NCBI RefSeq assembly: GCF_009914755.1
Contig: NC_060942.1
Strand: one strand, 5' to 3'
Origin: the human T2T-CHM13v2.0 reference genome, Homo sapiens
Length of the DNA stretch: 64,000 bases
Position 1 is the stretch's first letter. The number at the start of each line of letters is the position of its first letter. The position numbers and the translations under genes were made by a program. The notes below the pieces were generated by a model that was not told where the DNA came from, searched no databases, and worked only from the letters and a program-made list of their open reading frames with translations. Of this stretch, positions 49,201 to 64,000 are shown piece by piece.

Positions 49201-50351
49201 TTCTTCGATGTTCTTTATCAGGTTGAAAAAGTTCCATTCTATTCTTAGTTTGTCGAGATTTTAAAAATTATGAATAGATGTTAGATTTTATTCAGATGTT
49301 TTTTCTGCATCTATTGAAATGATTATTTGATTTTTGTCTTTTATTTTCTTAATAAGACAAAGTATATTGACTTTTAAGTTTTAAAACAACCTTGCAATAT
49401 AGACCACATTTTGAATTACCAATTTTATAGTTTGTTAGGTACAATTTGCTAAAATTTTGTTAAGGGTGTTCATGTGTAAGTTCATGAGGAAGTTTGGTCT
49501 TTAGTTTTCATTTCTATTAATGCCTTTGTCCAGTTTTGCTGATAGGATAATGCTGGCCTCACAGAATGAATTAGGAAGTAGCCCCTTTCCCTGTATTTTC
49601 TGGACGGGTGAGTGTAGGTTGATAATTCTTCCATATTTGGTTGATCTAATTCACTAGTGAAAGCCCAGGGGTTTTCTTTATGGGAAGGTTTTTAACTACG
49701 GATTTAAAAGTATTATAGATATAGGGCTATTCTGCTTGTTTTCAAAAATGTCTACTTGGGTGAACTTTGATCATTTGTGTCAAATTTATCAGCAAAAAGT
49801 TGTGTGTAATCTTTTATTTTGCTTTTACTATCATATTTGTAGGATTTGAAATTATATTCACTCTTTCATTTCTGTTATTCATAATTTATGTTTTTTCCCT
49901 TTTTCTTGATCAGTCTGTCTTGTAGTTTAGCAATTTTATGGATCTTTTCAAAGAACTAGCCTTCTATTCATTGATATCTATTATTTTTCTATTTCACTGG
50001 TTTTTGATTTGATTATTATTTATTTTTTCTATTTTAAATGTGCTCTTATATTTTTAATTTCTTAAGGTAAAAGCTGAGATCATTGATTTAAAACCTTTCT
50101 CCTTTTCTAATATAGGCATTCAATGCTACAAATTTTCCCCTAAGTATTATTTTAGTGGCATTACACACACTTTGCCATATTGTACGTTTAATTTTCCTTT
50201 TGATTTTTTTCTTTTACCCATGGATAATTTAGTAATCAGTTAATATAATTTCCAAACACTTGTGGATTTTCCTAGGATCTGTCTGTTACTGGTTTTCATT
50301 TTATGGTCAGATACTATATTTTGTGTGGTTTGAATCCTTTGGCATTTGTTT

Positions 50352-50583
50352 CAATTGATTGTGTTTATATATGGGCCAATAACATTGCGTACATTTATAG
50401 TGTACAACATGATGTTTTGATACATGTGTACATTGTGGAATGGCTAAATCTAGCTAATTAACATATCTATGACCTCATATATGTATCATTTTATGTGTGT
50501 TGAGAACACTTAAAATTACTCCCTCAGCAATTTTTAAGTATATAATACATTGTTACTAACTATAGTCTCCATGTTATACAATG
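50352..50583 (-). mobile_element. L1MA 3' end fragment
   Basis: gtacaacatgatgttttgatacatgtgtacattgtggaatggctaaatctagctaattaacata, TSD-like tgaatccttt at 50331 and 50584. Confidence 0.8.
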
Positions 50584-51729
50584 TGAATCCTTTTGAATTT
50601 ATTGAGACTTGTTTTATGGCCCAAAATATAGTCTGTCTTGGTAAATATACTGTGTGTACTTCAGAAGAATGTGTATTCTGCTGTTGTTGGGTGGAATATT
50701 TTATAACTGTCAGTCAGGTCAAGTTGCCCGTGTTCAAGTTTAGTATATACTTGCTGATTTTTCTGCCTGCTTGCCTTTATCAATTAAATAAGAGTATTGA
50801 ATCTGCAGCTATAATTATGGGTTTGTTTATTCCTTCTTGCATTTCTATCCCAGTTTTTGCTTCATGTATTTTGAAGCTCTCTTATTAGGTGCATAAACCT
50901 TTGGAATTTTTATTTCTTCTTGATTATTTGACCCTCGTCATTATGAAATGACCTTCTTTATCCTTGGTAATGTCCTTTGCTTTGAAATTTACTTTGTTTA
51001 TAATAATACAGTAATTTCAGCATTTTTGGCTACTGTTAACATAGTATAATCTTTTCTCATCCTTTTACTTTTTACCTATTTGGCTCTTTATATTTAAGAT
51101 GTGTTTCTTGTGGGCAGCATATAGTGGGTCTTATTTTTTAATCCAATCTGACCTGCTTTTTACTTGAGATGCATAAGCCGTTTACATTTAATGTGATTGT
51201 TGATATGGTTAGGTTTGAATCTGTTATCCTACTACCTTATTTTTCTCTTCGTTGCATTTATTTTTTGTTCTTTTTCTTTTTCTGCTGTCTTTTAGACTAA
51301 AAAGATTTTTTTTATGATTCCATTTGATCTCCTTTATGGCTTTATAAGCTAATTTTTATTATTTTAGTAGTTTTTTTAGAGTCTGTAGTCTATGTCTTTC
51401 CGTTATCACAGTGTACATTCAAGTGCTATTATACTATTTAACATTTAATATAAATGTTAAACCTTATAATATTATATTAGCATTTCTCATCTCCTGGTCT
51501 TTATGCTACTGTTGTCCTGCATTTTACTTTTATATATGTTATAAACCTCACAAATTATTCTTGTGATTTGTGTTTAACAGTAATTATATTTTAAAGAGAC
51601 TGAAATAAGAAAAAATACATATTTACCCACGTAGTTACCTTTTTTGGTATTCTACATTCCTTTGTGTAGATCAAGACTTCTATCTGGTAAAATTCTTCTA
51701 ACAAAAGGACTTACTTTAAGCTTTCTTTT

Positions 51730-51897
51730 TATGTATGTATATATGTATGTATGTATGTATCTATCTATCTATTTATTTATTTATTTAAGTTCTGGGATCC
51801 ATGTGCTGAACGTGCAGGTTTGCTACATGGATACACATGTGCCATGTTGTTTTGCTGTACCTATCAAGCTGTCATCTAGGTTTTAAGCCCTGCATGC
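51730..51897 (-). mobile_element. Very short L1PA 3' end with a compound (TATG)(TATC)(TATT) tail
   Basis: aagttctgggatccatgtgctgaacgtgcaggtttgctacat...tctaggttttaagccctgcatgc, TSD-like taa(g/t)ctttctttt. Confidence 0.82.
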
Positions 51898-52507
51898 TAA
51901 TCTTTCTTTTAGTGAGCGTCTGCTCTTCAAGTTTTTGTACATTTGAAAACATCTTTGTTTGTCTTTGTTTTTGAAAGCTTTTTTTTTTTTCTGGTATAGA
52001 ATTCCAGGTTGACTTTTTATATCTTTTAATGCTTTGAAGATGATATTCTGTTGTCTTCTTGTTTGCATTAGTTCTAACAAGATCTGATAGCATTCTTATC
52101 TTTGTTCCTCTGACTGTAACATTACTTTATTAATCTTGTTGCTTTTAAGATTTTCCGTTTATCACTGGTTTTGAGCAGTTTGATTGTGTGGTTCTTCAGT
52201 GTAGTGTTCTTCATGTTTCTTGTGGTTGGGGTTCATTGAGTTTATTAATTTTGAAAAATTTTCAATAATTATTTCTTCAAATATTCATTCTGCCCTTTCC
52301 TCCCTCCTCTCTCTAAGGGACTGAAATTACATGTACGTTAGGCTGATTGAAGTTGTTTCACCTATCACGGTGCTCTTTTATTTCGGGATTATTTTTCCTC
52401 TCTGTGTTTTGATTGAGATAGTTTCCATTGCAATGTCTTCAAGTTTATTAGTCTTTTCTCAGCAATGTGTAATATGCCATTGGTCCCATCCAGTGCACTT
52501 TAAAAAT

Positions 52508-52645
52508 TTATTTTTATTTTTTTTTATAGAGACAGTGTCTCGCTATGTTGCCTAGGTTGGTCTTGAACCCCCAGGCTGCAGCAATTTTCCCTGTTTGGCC
52601 CCCTCAAAGTGCTGGGATTGCAGGCATGAGTGACCATGCCCAGCT
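52508..52645 (-). mobile_element. FLAM / Alu monomer
   Basis: tagagacagtgtctcgctatgttgcctaggttggtcttgaac...caaagtgctgggattgcaggcatgag. Confidence 0.82.
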
Positions 52646-55174
52646 GTCATCCAATTCACTTTTAATCTCAGACATTGTTATATGTGTCCCCAGAATTTTG
52701 ATTTGGGTCTTAAAATTTTTTTTCCTTGTCTCTACCTAACTGCTTTGAATACATGGATTGCAGTTATAATAAATGTTTTAACACCCTTCACTGATAATTT
52801 TGATAGCTCTGTCAGTTCTGGGTTGGTTTAAATTAATTATTCTCCTCCTTGTGGACTGTGCTTTCCTGCCTCTTTGCGTGTTTGATAATCTTAGAATAGA
52901 TGGGAGATGTTTGAATTTTGCCTGTTTGGGTGCTGGACACTTTTGTGTTCTTAAAAATCTTGAGCTTTGTTGTGGGATGCAGTTATGTCATGTGGAAACA
53001 GTTTCTTTTTTTTCCTGGTCTTGCTTTTATGACTTGTTAGGTGGATTTGGAGCAGTGCTCTAAGATGAATTACTCCCTATTACTGAGGCCAAACCTTCCA
53101 GAATATCCAATGCCCTGTGAATTATGAGGTTTTCCATTTAGGCTGTTGGGAGCAGGCACTGTTTCTGGTCCTTTAGATATTTTCCCCCCAGCTCGAGTAG
53201 TTTCTTTACAGACATGTACTGATTGGTATTCTGCTGTATACTTGAGGGAGATCCTCTGAAGAACTTTGATCTTTGCAGCTCCCTTCTTTCTGTACATTGA
53301 ATTCTAGCTGCCCTGGTTTCCTGAGACTCTCAGCTTTGTCTCCTGAACTCAGGGAAACTGCTGGGCTGCTCACTTTGTTCTCCATGTAGCTTCACCTAGG
53401 AACTCTCTTAAGGCAATAAGCTGGGGTAATCATAGGATCACAGGGCTCACGTTGCTTGTCTCCCATCTCTCAGTCCTTCATTGCATGATGCCCAGTGGCT
53501 TGAAAACCATTGTTCATACATTTTGTCATTTTGTTTGTTTGTTTTTGGTTGTTTTGGGCCTGACTGCAAATCTGTTTCTTGTTACTCCATCTTGGCCAGA
53601 AGTGGAAGTTCCTTTCCCTTTATTTAAAAATGTTCCAAATATCTATTATTTTATAAAGTAAATATTATTTGTATATATGGAGTTGTGATATTTTTAGAGT
53701 GTTATTACTGGTAGAAATGGAAACAGGCTTATACTGGCAAGGGACTTGTTTAATGTATTCTTAGTAATGGTAGTATGATTAGGACACAACCAGCACTTTT
53801 TAACTCTAGATCCCGTGCTTTTTCTGCAACAGTATATGTTTTATTTTTCTGAATTCATTGACAATATTTTCCAGGATATACTCAACGAATCAATGGTGGG
53901 ACGATTCAATATTTATTTCTGTTAGAGATATTATTTGTTATCCTCCTCATCATCTTCATTATGATTCTTAACAGTTGGTGATTCTTCTTGAATTACATTT
54001 TTCCTTCTCTGTAATCATAATAGATGGAAACATTCTCATATAATTTGTGACATTGTCATGATGCATTATATATTCACCACCATGATGGTGTTAGATTTGC
54101 TCACCTGGTCAAGTCTGAAGATTTTTAAAGTTCGAATACTTTAATATTGCTTCTCTCAGAAAAGCATTGAGTTTTGAGAGCAGTGAAGGCGGCTTTGAAA
54201 ATTGGGTCTTTTTAAAAAAAAGCATTTATTTAAGGCAATAGATTTAGGAATTTTCATTTGGAAAGCATATATACTTTTCTTCTAAAGTAAATGAAGGCCA
54301 GCAGTTCCTACTGAGAGAGAGCTACATAGTAAAATACTTTAGAATACCATTATGAAGCTCACTTTCTATTTTAATATTGAAATAAATATATAGTGTTAAT
54401 TGTTTTCTCAAAAATATTAAGTTATTTTTGTCTCCTAACAACTCTTGTTAGGGAGGTTAGAGAGATTGGTCTGACATGTACTCTCTTGAGTAGTATGTGT
54501 CTAGTCGGTAACATGAACATAAATAACCAATTTAGGGTTGGAAGTGGTAAGAGATACAAAGGACTCTGAGTTGTCTAATATTTCAGCAGTTAGAGCATTA
54601 TTTTTTCATCTTTCTACTTTGGCTTTTCTTAGCTTGGTTTGCTTCTAAACATTTTCCTCTTATGTTTTTTATTTCCTGACTTCCTCTACTGTGCACATTG
54701 ACTTACAATGTCTTTTTAAGTTGTATTGCAAACATGAATATGCGTCTTTTCAATAAGCTGTCACTTGCATGTTGGCTAATACTTGTTCAGCTGCCAAATA
54801 ATCTATATGAAGTAAAGACTTCAGCTGGGGATTGGAACTTTGATAGACATTTGGGTTTGAGAATAAAGATAGTTAAGATAGTTCAGCTTATATAATTTTC
54901 CATAACCAATATTAGGGCACTTCATTGGAAAATAGTATCTTCACAAGAGGTTTATTTTGCCTAACAGTGGACTTGTTAATTCAATGTTTGTCAATAATTA
55001 ACATTTATTGTCACTTGTCTACTTTTTTTTATACAGTTTATTTTTTTTGACACTTGATTTTGCGGTTTATGAAACATGCTACTTGAGAAAAAGGGATTAG
55101 AGTTATCAAATAACCACACTTTTATTCATGGTAAATATAGCTGTAAGTCTGCTCATGGCTTTAGGCTTTTCTGC

Positions 55175-55453
55175 TTTTTTTTTTTTTCCTTTGAGACGGA
55201 GTCTCACTCTCTTGTCCAGGCTGGACCGCAGTGGTGCAATCGTGGCTTACCGCAGCCTCGACTTCCAGTCGAGGCTCTTGAATAGTTGGGACTATAGTCA
55301 AAGGCCACCATGCCCAGTTAATTTTAAATTTGTTGTAGAAATGGAGTTTCACCATATTGCCCAGGCTGGTTTCGAACTCCTGGGCTCAAGTGATCCTCCC
55401 ACCCCAACCTCCCAAAGTGCTGCGATTACAGGAGTAAGCCTCTGTGCCTGACT
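55175..55453 (-). mobile_element. AluJ (diverged)
   Basis: Poly-T, gagacggagtctcactct, ctcctgggctcaagtgatcctcccacc. Confidence 0.88.
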
Positions 55454-57394
55454 GTTCTACGTTCTAATGTACTGTATTTCTCTCTATTCATTAATCTCAT
55501 GACGTAAGTCTCTGGTCTGTGTCTCTAGTGCTTATCTTGATTGTGACCATATCTTTATGTTTAGTAGTTGCATCTTTACTCAGTGGGAGGTGCCCAAGCA
55601 AGTTTAAGCAATGTAAAGTTTAAGATTATGTTATGTTCTTTGCAACTTTATTTTTCAGAAATGGGTTCAATTTAGGTTGTCTAAACTTAGAAGTAAGAGG
55701 TGGTCATTGTTAAATTATCTCAGGAAAGAGTTATATAAATTAAACAATAGTTTAATCACTATTCTTTTCCAGGATTTATAGAGAAATAAACAGTACTTAA
55801 CATAGAGTCCATACATCATATTAAGGAATGTATCTGAGAATCCCTTAAAATTTGGCGGATTTGACTTTCTGTGCCTTTATTTTTTTTAATTGGTGTACAC
55901 CTTTGATTTGCTGTGGAAGCTCAAAGGGTAGGGACATTTTTTTTCTGCTTTGTTTAGTGATTTATCCCAAGTGCTTGGAACAGTGGCTGATACATAGAAG
56001 GAGCTCAGGAAATATTTACTGAATGAATGAATCTACAGATAACCTTCTCTTTATGTTTCTGGAGTCAGTATGTCAATAACTACGTGCTGAGGCTGTAAGG
56101 GCTGACAAATCTCTGCCCTCAAGGTGCTTATTATGTCTATTGGAGAAAATCCACAGGAGTGCAATTTATGATAATATTTTAATTGGTTATTATATGCTTT
56201 TCTAGACAATGAGTGCCTTGAGGGCAGACACTTTGTCTTATCTTTGTGTGTTTTTGTGTGCTTAGCCCAATATCGACATATAGTAATTGTTACTTATTTA
56301 GTGTTAAGTGAAGTAGAAAATTTTAATAGCCTTCATATACCAAATTCAAGTTAGTGTTTATGTTATACATTTATCTTTTACAATGAACTCTCTCCCCATG
56401 GTTCTTGGTCTTAGAGAACTCATTGGTTTATTTTGGACGTTAGTAATGAGGGAAACCTTTTACAGAAACTTTGTTTTTTGACTTTTTGATTTGAGTTATA
56501 GGCCAAGGTAAAATTTTCATCACATCTGTGTTTATTGCACTTCTGATATAATCCAGTGGTGATGTACAGGTGAAGTAGTGTGACTGTATTTTTTAAACAT
56601 TATGAGCACCTTCATGTGTTGTCTTGTGTACCTGTTGGGCTGCTAATTCATTCTGCTCTGGTAAGTCCTTACCTTTCTGCTGCCTGCACCTTTGTACTGC
56701 CCTATTTCCCTTAGTTTTTTGTGGTCTTCTTTTATGGTGTTTTAAGGATATCCTTTTTTTTTCCCTAAGAATCTTTGGACATTGCATTTCTATATTGCTT
56801 CTAAACGTGTTCAGTTGGTGGTTTCCTATCTAATGGAAAGGGTCTATATTATGAATGAGTCCATCACTTAAATAAGGTTTGCATATATTGTTTGTATCAG
56901 CACCATGATGAATGGTATTAATGAATTTATAACATGACTAAATATATTTACTTAGTACATACCATGCACTTTCCTCTGTGTTTTTCATTTATTCCCTACA
57001 ACAACTGACCCAAACAATTATGTCCATATTGCCCAAGAACTCTGCAGTGACTTTTTAGGATAGGAATTTGTTTATGAAATGCAGTGTCCAGAAATACCAA
57101 TACCACCAAAACTTTAACATTGTGTAAGTAGCATATTTGAAATTATCATAGCTGCTAATATAATTGCTTTTGTCATTAATTTCCAAATACATCTCTGTTT
57201 CATGATCATAGTACTTATATGATGTTCATTTTCTCTGTATGGTTTCTTGTAACGTTTGGACTAACTTTAACAGTTTCATTAGTTATATGTAAAGAGTAAA
57301 AATGTTATTGGCCTTCTTAATAGTAACCCTAAGCTAAAGAGAGGATGATGAAGATTGGTTAGGAGATGTGTGTTTCTTAAAAATGTGTAGGAAA

Positions 57395-58043
<649 letters not shown>

Positions 58044-58048
<5 letters not shown>

Positions 58049-58990
58049 AGAGAAGATAATTTTTGCATTTTTAGAATTCTGAATGCAAACCATCAGTCAA
58101 AAAGGCAGAATAATAGCAATTTCAGACACTCATAGTCTTAAAAAAATTACTATTACTATATAGAGTACCTTTTCTCAGCAAAGTTTTGCAAGATGTGCTC
58201 CATCAAAATAAAGAAGTAAACCAAGGAAAAATAAAACATGGGGCCCAGGAACTGGGAAACCCATTGAGGGGAGCACTTGTGACCTGACATGGTCATCAGT
58301 GAAGGATTACAGTGAAGGAAAGTCTCAGGATGGTAACCACGTGGCAGATACAAGCAGGGCTGTGAGATGGCTTCCGAAGAGATGGTTCAAGGAAAAATGA
58401 CACTGCTCTGTGAAAAATCATTGAGAAGCTATCGAGGGGTTTAACTTAGAAGAAATAGGTACACAGAAAAGAAGACAAATGGGGAGAAAATATAATTTTT
58501 AAATTCTGAAAAAATCCCCAGCAAGGTGTCCAAGGAAAGAAGTATGATCTTAGTAAGCTATTTGAGTCAACATTGAACATTATTTCCATAGACATAGAGA
58601 TATTTATCTCTCTATATAAATGACTATTCGTATAGAGATATATATCATATAAAATATACCTATATAATAGAAAAATCTAAAATAATATATAGATAGTATA
58701 TATATTTATATTGGGAGTAAAGGAAAGGAGATTGGTTAGGAGATGTGGTTTGGCAAAGTTAAATCATCTTCCACAGTATTGGTGGAAACCAATAGCTAAT
58801 GTTTAGATTTGGTAAAGCAAGAAATTGCAGGATTAGCATATTATTTAATGATATAGAAGTAAATGCTGTAAGAAACAGTTAAAATGTTTGAAAATGGTTT
58901 CCTATCAGAAGCCATACTTGGGGATGGGGCAGGGGAATCCTGTATTCAAAATGAGCTTTTTAATACTGTTTGACGTATTAAAACTGTGCT
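58044..58990 (+). mobile_element. HAL1-like LINE fragment
   Basis: tagaattct...agaataatagcaatttcagac...cctttttctcagcaaag...gatgtgctccatcaaaataaagaagtaaaccaaggaa resembles the HAL1 consensus as recalled. Confidence 0.6.
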
Positions 58991-61900
58991 TATATTATTG
59001 CCCTTTATGTTGCATGAGCTGCCAATTCTATTGGACATATTAAAACATGCAGAATTAAAGCACAGTGCCTTCTTGTATAATAACAACAAAATAGCTCTAG
59101 CTTATTGGACATATTTTGTAGATTAATTTAATGAGGCAGGGTTCCTGAAATAGAAATAGGGCCCCTTATGAAGGCACTTTTGTTTTTATCTGGGTCTGGT
59201 AGTACGATGCTAAAGGGTAGCATTGTAACGGGGCTTCAAGACAGTCTTTATGATTACTACACATACAAGGTTGGAGGCTTCCTTTCTTTAAAGAGAAGTT
59301 TTTTTTTTTATCATTCATTACTAATGTATTTGTTTTCAAACCTTCTATTCATGATGATAGTTAAATGTATTGGTATAGCTTTTTGTAATCTTTTTGGCAT
59401 TAGGAAATATCGAATGGGAATTTTTCAGATAACAAAAGGAATTGGAAGGAGAATTAGTTTTCTTGCCAATATTGCATTCATAGCAAAGTTAGTGCATTAA
59501 TTATGGCAATTGCATGAAGCATTGGAGATATGATATATTATACATAACCAAACAGGTTGTTGCATTATCTAGTTTTGTACCTCAAAAAGTCAAGCATTAA
59601 AAAAGAGGCAATGAAACCTGAACTAATGATTTATCCAAATGTTTCATGTTGATTTATAAGGTGGCTAAAATGCCCATCTACCTAAAACATAAAAGTATTG
59701 ACACAAAAGAAAACTTATAAAAAGCCAAATGTTGCTCTATAATATCTGGACTAGATGCAGACTCAGTGCCGAATGCCTTTATGTTAAGTACGTGGTGGTT
59801 AATTCTACAAAGCTTCTTAACTTCTAATTTTTTCATGTTTTCTCTTTCTTCTCTTCCTTCTTCTCTCCCCTCACCCACCCTCCCCATAACATCGTGATTA
59901 CCATGAAATACTTTAAAAGGGCTCATCATTAAATAATTGTATTCTTTTTTTAGTATTAAGCTTTGAAAAAAACTTACTTTTTTAAACATTGCATTTTTTT
60001 GTACTTTAAAAATTTTTTTCTCTGAAAAATGTATTGAAAAGGGCTACTTGTGTTTATGTGCTAGGAAGATAATGAGATTTAGACCAATATGTATGGAGCA
60101 CCCGAAGTATGTTAACTTTCTGTCCTATAAATATTTTAATATCACAATAGGAGTAGTTTAGAATCAAATTTAAATGGAGTTTAGAATCAAATTTCAATTA
60201 AAAACTCAAATATTCCTGTTGAGAAGCAGAATCTAGGGATGTTATAATATTGGATATGTATGTGCTATGTAAGGGGAAGCCAGGGCAGATGTGTGCATAT
60301 ACACGTTGTCACACACGTTTATTTATCTTCACCTGTCTTTTCTTATGAGAGTAAGCAGTTGAAGCGGCTCAGATAAAATAATGGAACTGTGTTAATTTTG
60401 TCACTATGTTGAAGCTGTGCTACAGCTGTTTTCCCAATCCTTAATAAGAGAAGCAAATTGATAGGTGACATAGCAGCTTTTCTGTTAAGAAATCAAATGC
60501 TTGATTATGTTTTATGGTGTAAATCTTTCATATTCAGTGCCCCATGCAACTTCAGATTTATTATTTATTAAATCTTGAGCTTTTTATCTTGGAAGTAATT
60601 TTTTCTGCTAATTGCTGATTTTTCTTATGTAGATAGTTGTGAAAGCTGTAGCAGAGTTTAATTTCCTGATGAATTTTGAAAGTGCTGTAGATTTTGCCAT
60701 TTCAGTTGTGAGGTAGTGTGAATGAAGTATTTTTTGGTGGTGATGCAGAGATTTTTAAAGCATAGTAAATCTGATTCTTTGATTTCTATTACAATATTTT
60801 TCTTGATTTTTAGTGCCCATAAAATTTATTAAAGGATGAGTGTAAATGCCTTTTTTTCTAAATGAAATGTCATTTAAATATGACTTCAAAAATACAATAT
60901 CGAGAATCTGTTTTTTTCTTTCCTTAAAAATAGTTAATATGTTAAACAATATTCTATTAAGACATACGCCTATTCTAGCATTTCTGCCAGTAACGTTTCT
61001 AGTTTCCTTTTACACTTGTTCCTTATAGGAATCATTAATCCCACGACTTATTTGACTTGTGTTAGGGTAATGACCACTCAATCCTAAACTTTTATTCATT
61101 TGTATTGAATTTCCTCACCCTCTCATTCTATTGTCCTTTCAGAATTAAGAGTAAAACCATGCAAAATTAACACAGCCTTTCCAGGGATAACAATTTCTCC
61201 CCATTTTTGAAAAAGTGAAATTATGGAAAAGTCCTAACTGAAGCCACCAGAGGAACATTTTGGCAGAACAAAAATTAAAACCTGCAAATTTACTCCTGGC
61301 TACCAAGGCTTACCAACTTTTTGCATGGAGGATGAATAATTTATAAGTCATAATCACTGAATTTGTAATTAAAAATGATAAAATTATTCCCTGGAATATA
61401 GAAATATTTGGGATTTCTTTGCAAGATTACTTTGTAATGGAGTTTGTAGGTCTTATGAAATATAGAATTAAAAGTAGCTCTATTTATTTCATAAGTATAA
61501 CATTGTAAAATAATTTTAATTTCATAAGGAACAAAAATCAGATCTCTTATAATAATAAAGAATTATAATTTCCTAGATGAAACTTTCATTTGTGCAAGAC
61601 GTGCTTCTTAGGGTTTATGGAGTTAGAGTTGCTTTTTGTGTTATTTTTCATGGACTTCTTTTCGTTCTACTGTTTACCTCACACGTGCCTGATTGACATT
61701 ATGATGCATTCGTGTGGAAATTATGAAAAAGTTGTTTTCATGCAGCTGTTCTGTTGTCACAAAAGAACTTCACTGCATGAAAAGCAAACATATCATTCAG
61801 CAGACAATGCTTAATCTGTTCAGGAGCCCAAACCTATTGCTGTTCAATGACAGAAGAAAGGAGAGGGATTAATTTGAAGATGCTTGTGCATGACATATGG

Positions 61901-62540
61901 TAATTTCGCCATAGGAAAGAAGTGTCAAATGGTGACCTCTAAATCTTAACATTGACCTCCAGTTGTAGAATGTGTGTGCCATACGGTCCTTTTGCTTTTT
62001 CGTATGATAATTTAAGCTGAAACATTTTCTTGGCAACATAACTTTCTTGAGGGGTTAGGGAGTGAATTGGTACCTCTATAAGAAATATAAAATTCACAAA
62101 AATTTTTTTTTAGCATAGGGAGTATTTGTGAAATAATTAAAAAAAAAAAACTCCAATGAATGAACCTGTTAGGATTCTTTTAACAAGAGTTAAACATGGT
62201 ATATATATTCTTTGCAAGTTGGGATATTTTAAATTGAGTTTTCATAAAATAAGTGTGAAAAGTTGAAATGATCTTAGTGAATATTGGTTTGAAAATTTAA
62301 AAATAATTTACACATAATGTCAGAGAATAAACTGTTAGGAAAATGTAACTGACAATATGAAGACCAACATAAAGCTTTTTCATCGTGATACATTTTAAAA
62401 ATTGAATAACATTTTTGCTAATTTTTACTGTCATTTTTTCATGATGGCTCTAGTTGTTTTAGAGCTATGTTTTGCATTAGTCAATACATTCATCAGAATA
62501 TTAGATTTTGACTCTAAGATGAATTTGAACTATATTGTGA

Positions 62541-62852
<312 letters not shown>

Positions 62853-64000
62853 TAACAACTTTCTCTCAATCTGTGCTTTATTCTGACAGACATGTTCTTT
62901 TTATCTGAGTTACACATTCATCTGCTTTGTTATGTATGAGATTCTAAAGTTCCCATTTTATGACTTTATTTGCTAATGTCAATGACAAGAACCAGTTTTA
63001 AAAATGTAATGTTACCTCTGGCTGGTATAATCCATGTTTTCTATAATCTAGACTACTGTTAAGTGCAGAGATGCCAATCTTTGATGTAAAGTCAGTGATA
63101 AAGGTGGATTGGTTTTTGTAATGATGTTTGCCATTTGATCTCTGGCATTAGAGCTAATGAATTTATTTTATATGTATCATTACTTGGTGGCAGACACACT
63201 TTGCTGCCTTTTCACAATTGTGTATGCCAGTTAGAGGGAGTTGTGAGGGAATCTCTTAACATTCTCATTGGAAAAGTCTTCAGATTGATTATTGGCACCA
63301 GTGATTATAGACTGATAGGAATTTACCTATTTACCCTCTTTACTATTTCTGTTTTAAGCTCAGGCAAAAATTCATTATTTCAGTATTTAAGGCGTAGTTG
63401 GGCTACCATGTTATCTCTGTGGAGTTACACAAGTCGAAAGTATTTTTGGAGCCCTGAAAATGGGAATGGGACCTACAAACCTTTATTCCATAAGACCTAT
63501 CTAGGATTATTTGTACTGCCCAGAAGCTTAATGAAACGTGAGCTCTGAGTTACATCCACTGTCTTCATTGCGTTTGTAGTTACCACTTTGCATAACATAA
63601 AAAGGAAGACATTTTCAAAATCAAAAATATAACAGTAAGACCTGGCTCTTCATGAAAAAGCATTTTTCAAATGGAAGGAATCTTGCAATCTGGAATCTTC
63701 CAGTGGCCATAAAGTACAGAGCCCATGTTGCAAGCACCACTCCTTTGGAAAGAAAACATGGGGACTTAAAAGTGTAACTTCATTTTTGGTTTCCTTGTCA
63801 TAGAACTTTAATAAGGTTTGTATGTTAAGACCGAATTTTAGCAAAATTCGAACTTTACCAAAATAATTTGGGTCATATTTGTTACACTATTTGTTAATTC
63901 AAAAAATAAGCTGTTTGGACCTTGGTGAGAATCACCATATGTTAAAATTTAGCTCATGAATACACTTTATACTTATATGAAACATTGAAATACTTTAGGA

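Larger units (their letters stand above)
49201..53610 (-). mobile_element. Old L1 (L1MD-like) including its 5' end, interrupted by L1MA, L1PA and FLAM insertions
   Basis: Antisense ORF2/ORF1 motifs, ends gttactccatcttggccagaagtggaagtt, homologous to 9170-13212. Confidence 0.7.

Noticed and set aside
60155-60194. 17-bp direct repeat agtttagaatcaaattt (period 23), and similar short repeats near 2900, 7407, 22092, 34348 and 59029/59103
   Set aside because: Ordinary slippage duplications with only 2-3 copies and no spacer array, so not CRISPR-like.
63135-63548. 137-aa ORF downstream of the cassette exon
   Set aside because: It starts at TTG, has no recognisable domain and has no convincing splice sites.

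Overview
This is primate (very likely human) genomic DNA from the middle of WDR7 (rabconnectin-3 beta), transcribed on the + strand. Five internal coding exons splice into one open frame with matching phases: 3928-4123 (196 nt), 17347-17561 (215), 42538-43307 (770), 44820-44908 (89) and 62737-62835 (99, a symmetric cassette). From memory these are roughly exons 13-17, which I could not verify. The rest is intron, filled with Alu, L1 (PA, MA, MC-ME), HAL1, L2, MIR, a THE1 solo LTR, hAT MITEs, a Y3 RNA retrocopy and microsatellites. Nearly all other ORFs in the track are repeat-derived noise. I found no novel multi-gene system. The most interesting signals are at the level of RNA processing and local rearrangement: (i) a 104-bp templated local duplication that assembles a candidate UG-flanked pseudoexon; (ii) several fold-back or template-switch inversions; (iii) a possible 279-aa ORF on an exon 15-16 circle; (iv) a candidate intronic poly(A) site after the 770-nt exon; and (v) a hairpin containing UGCAUG plus a competing in-frame acceptor upstream of the 99-nt cassette exon. 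Repeat subfamily calls and old-repeat boundaries were made by eye and are approximate.
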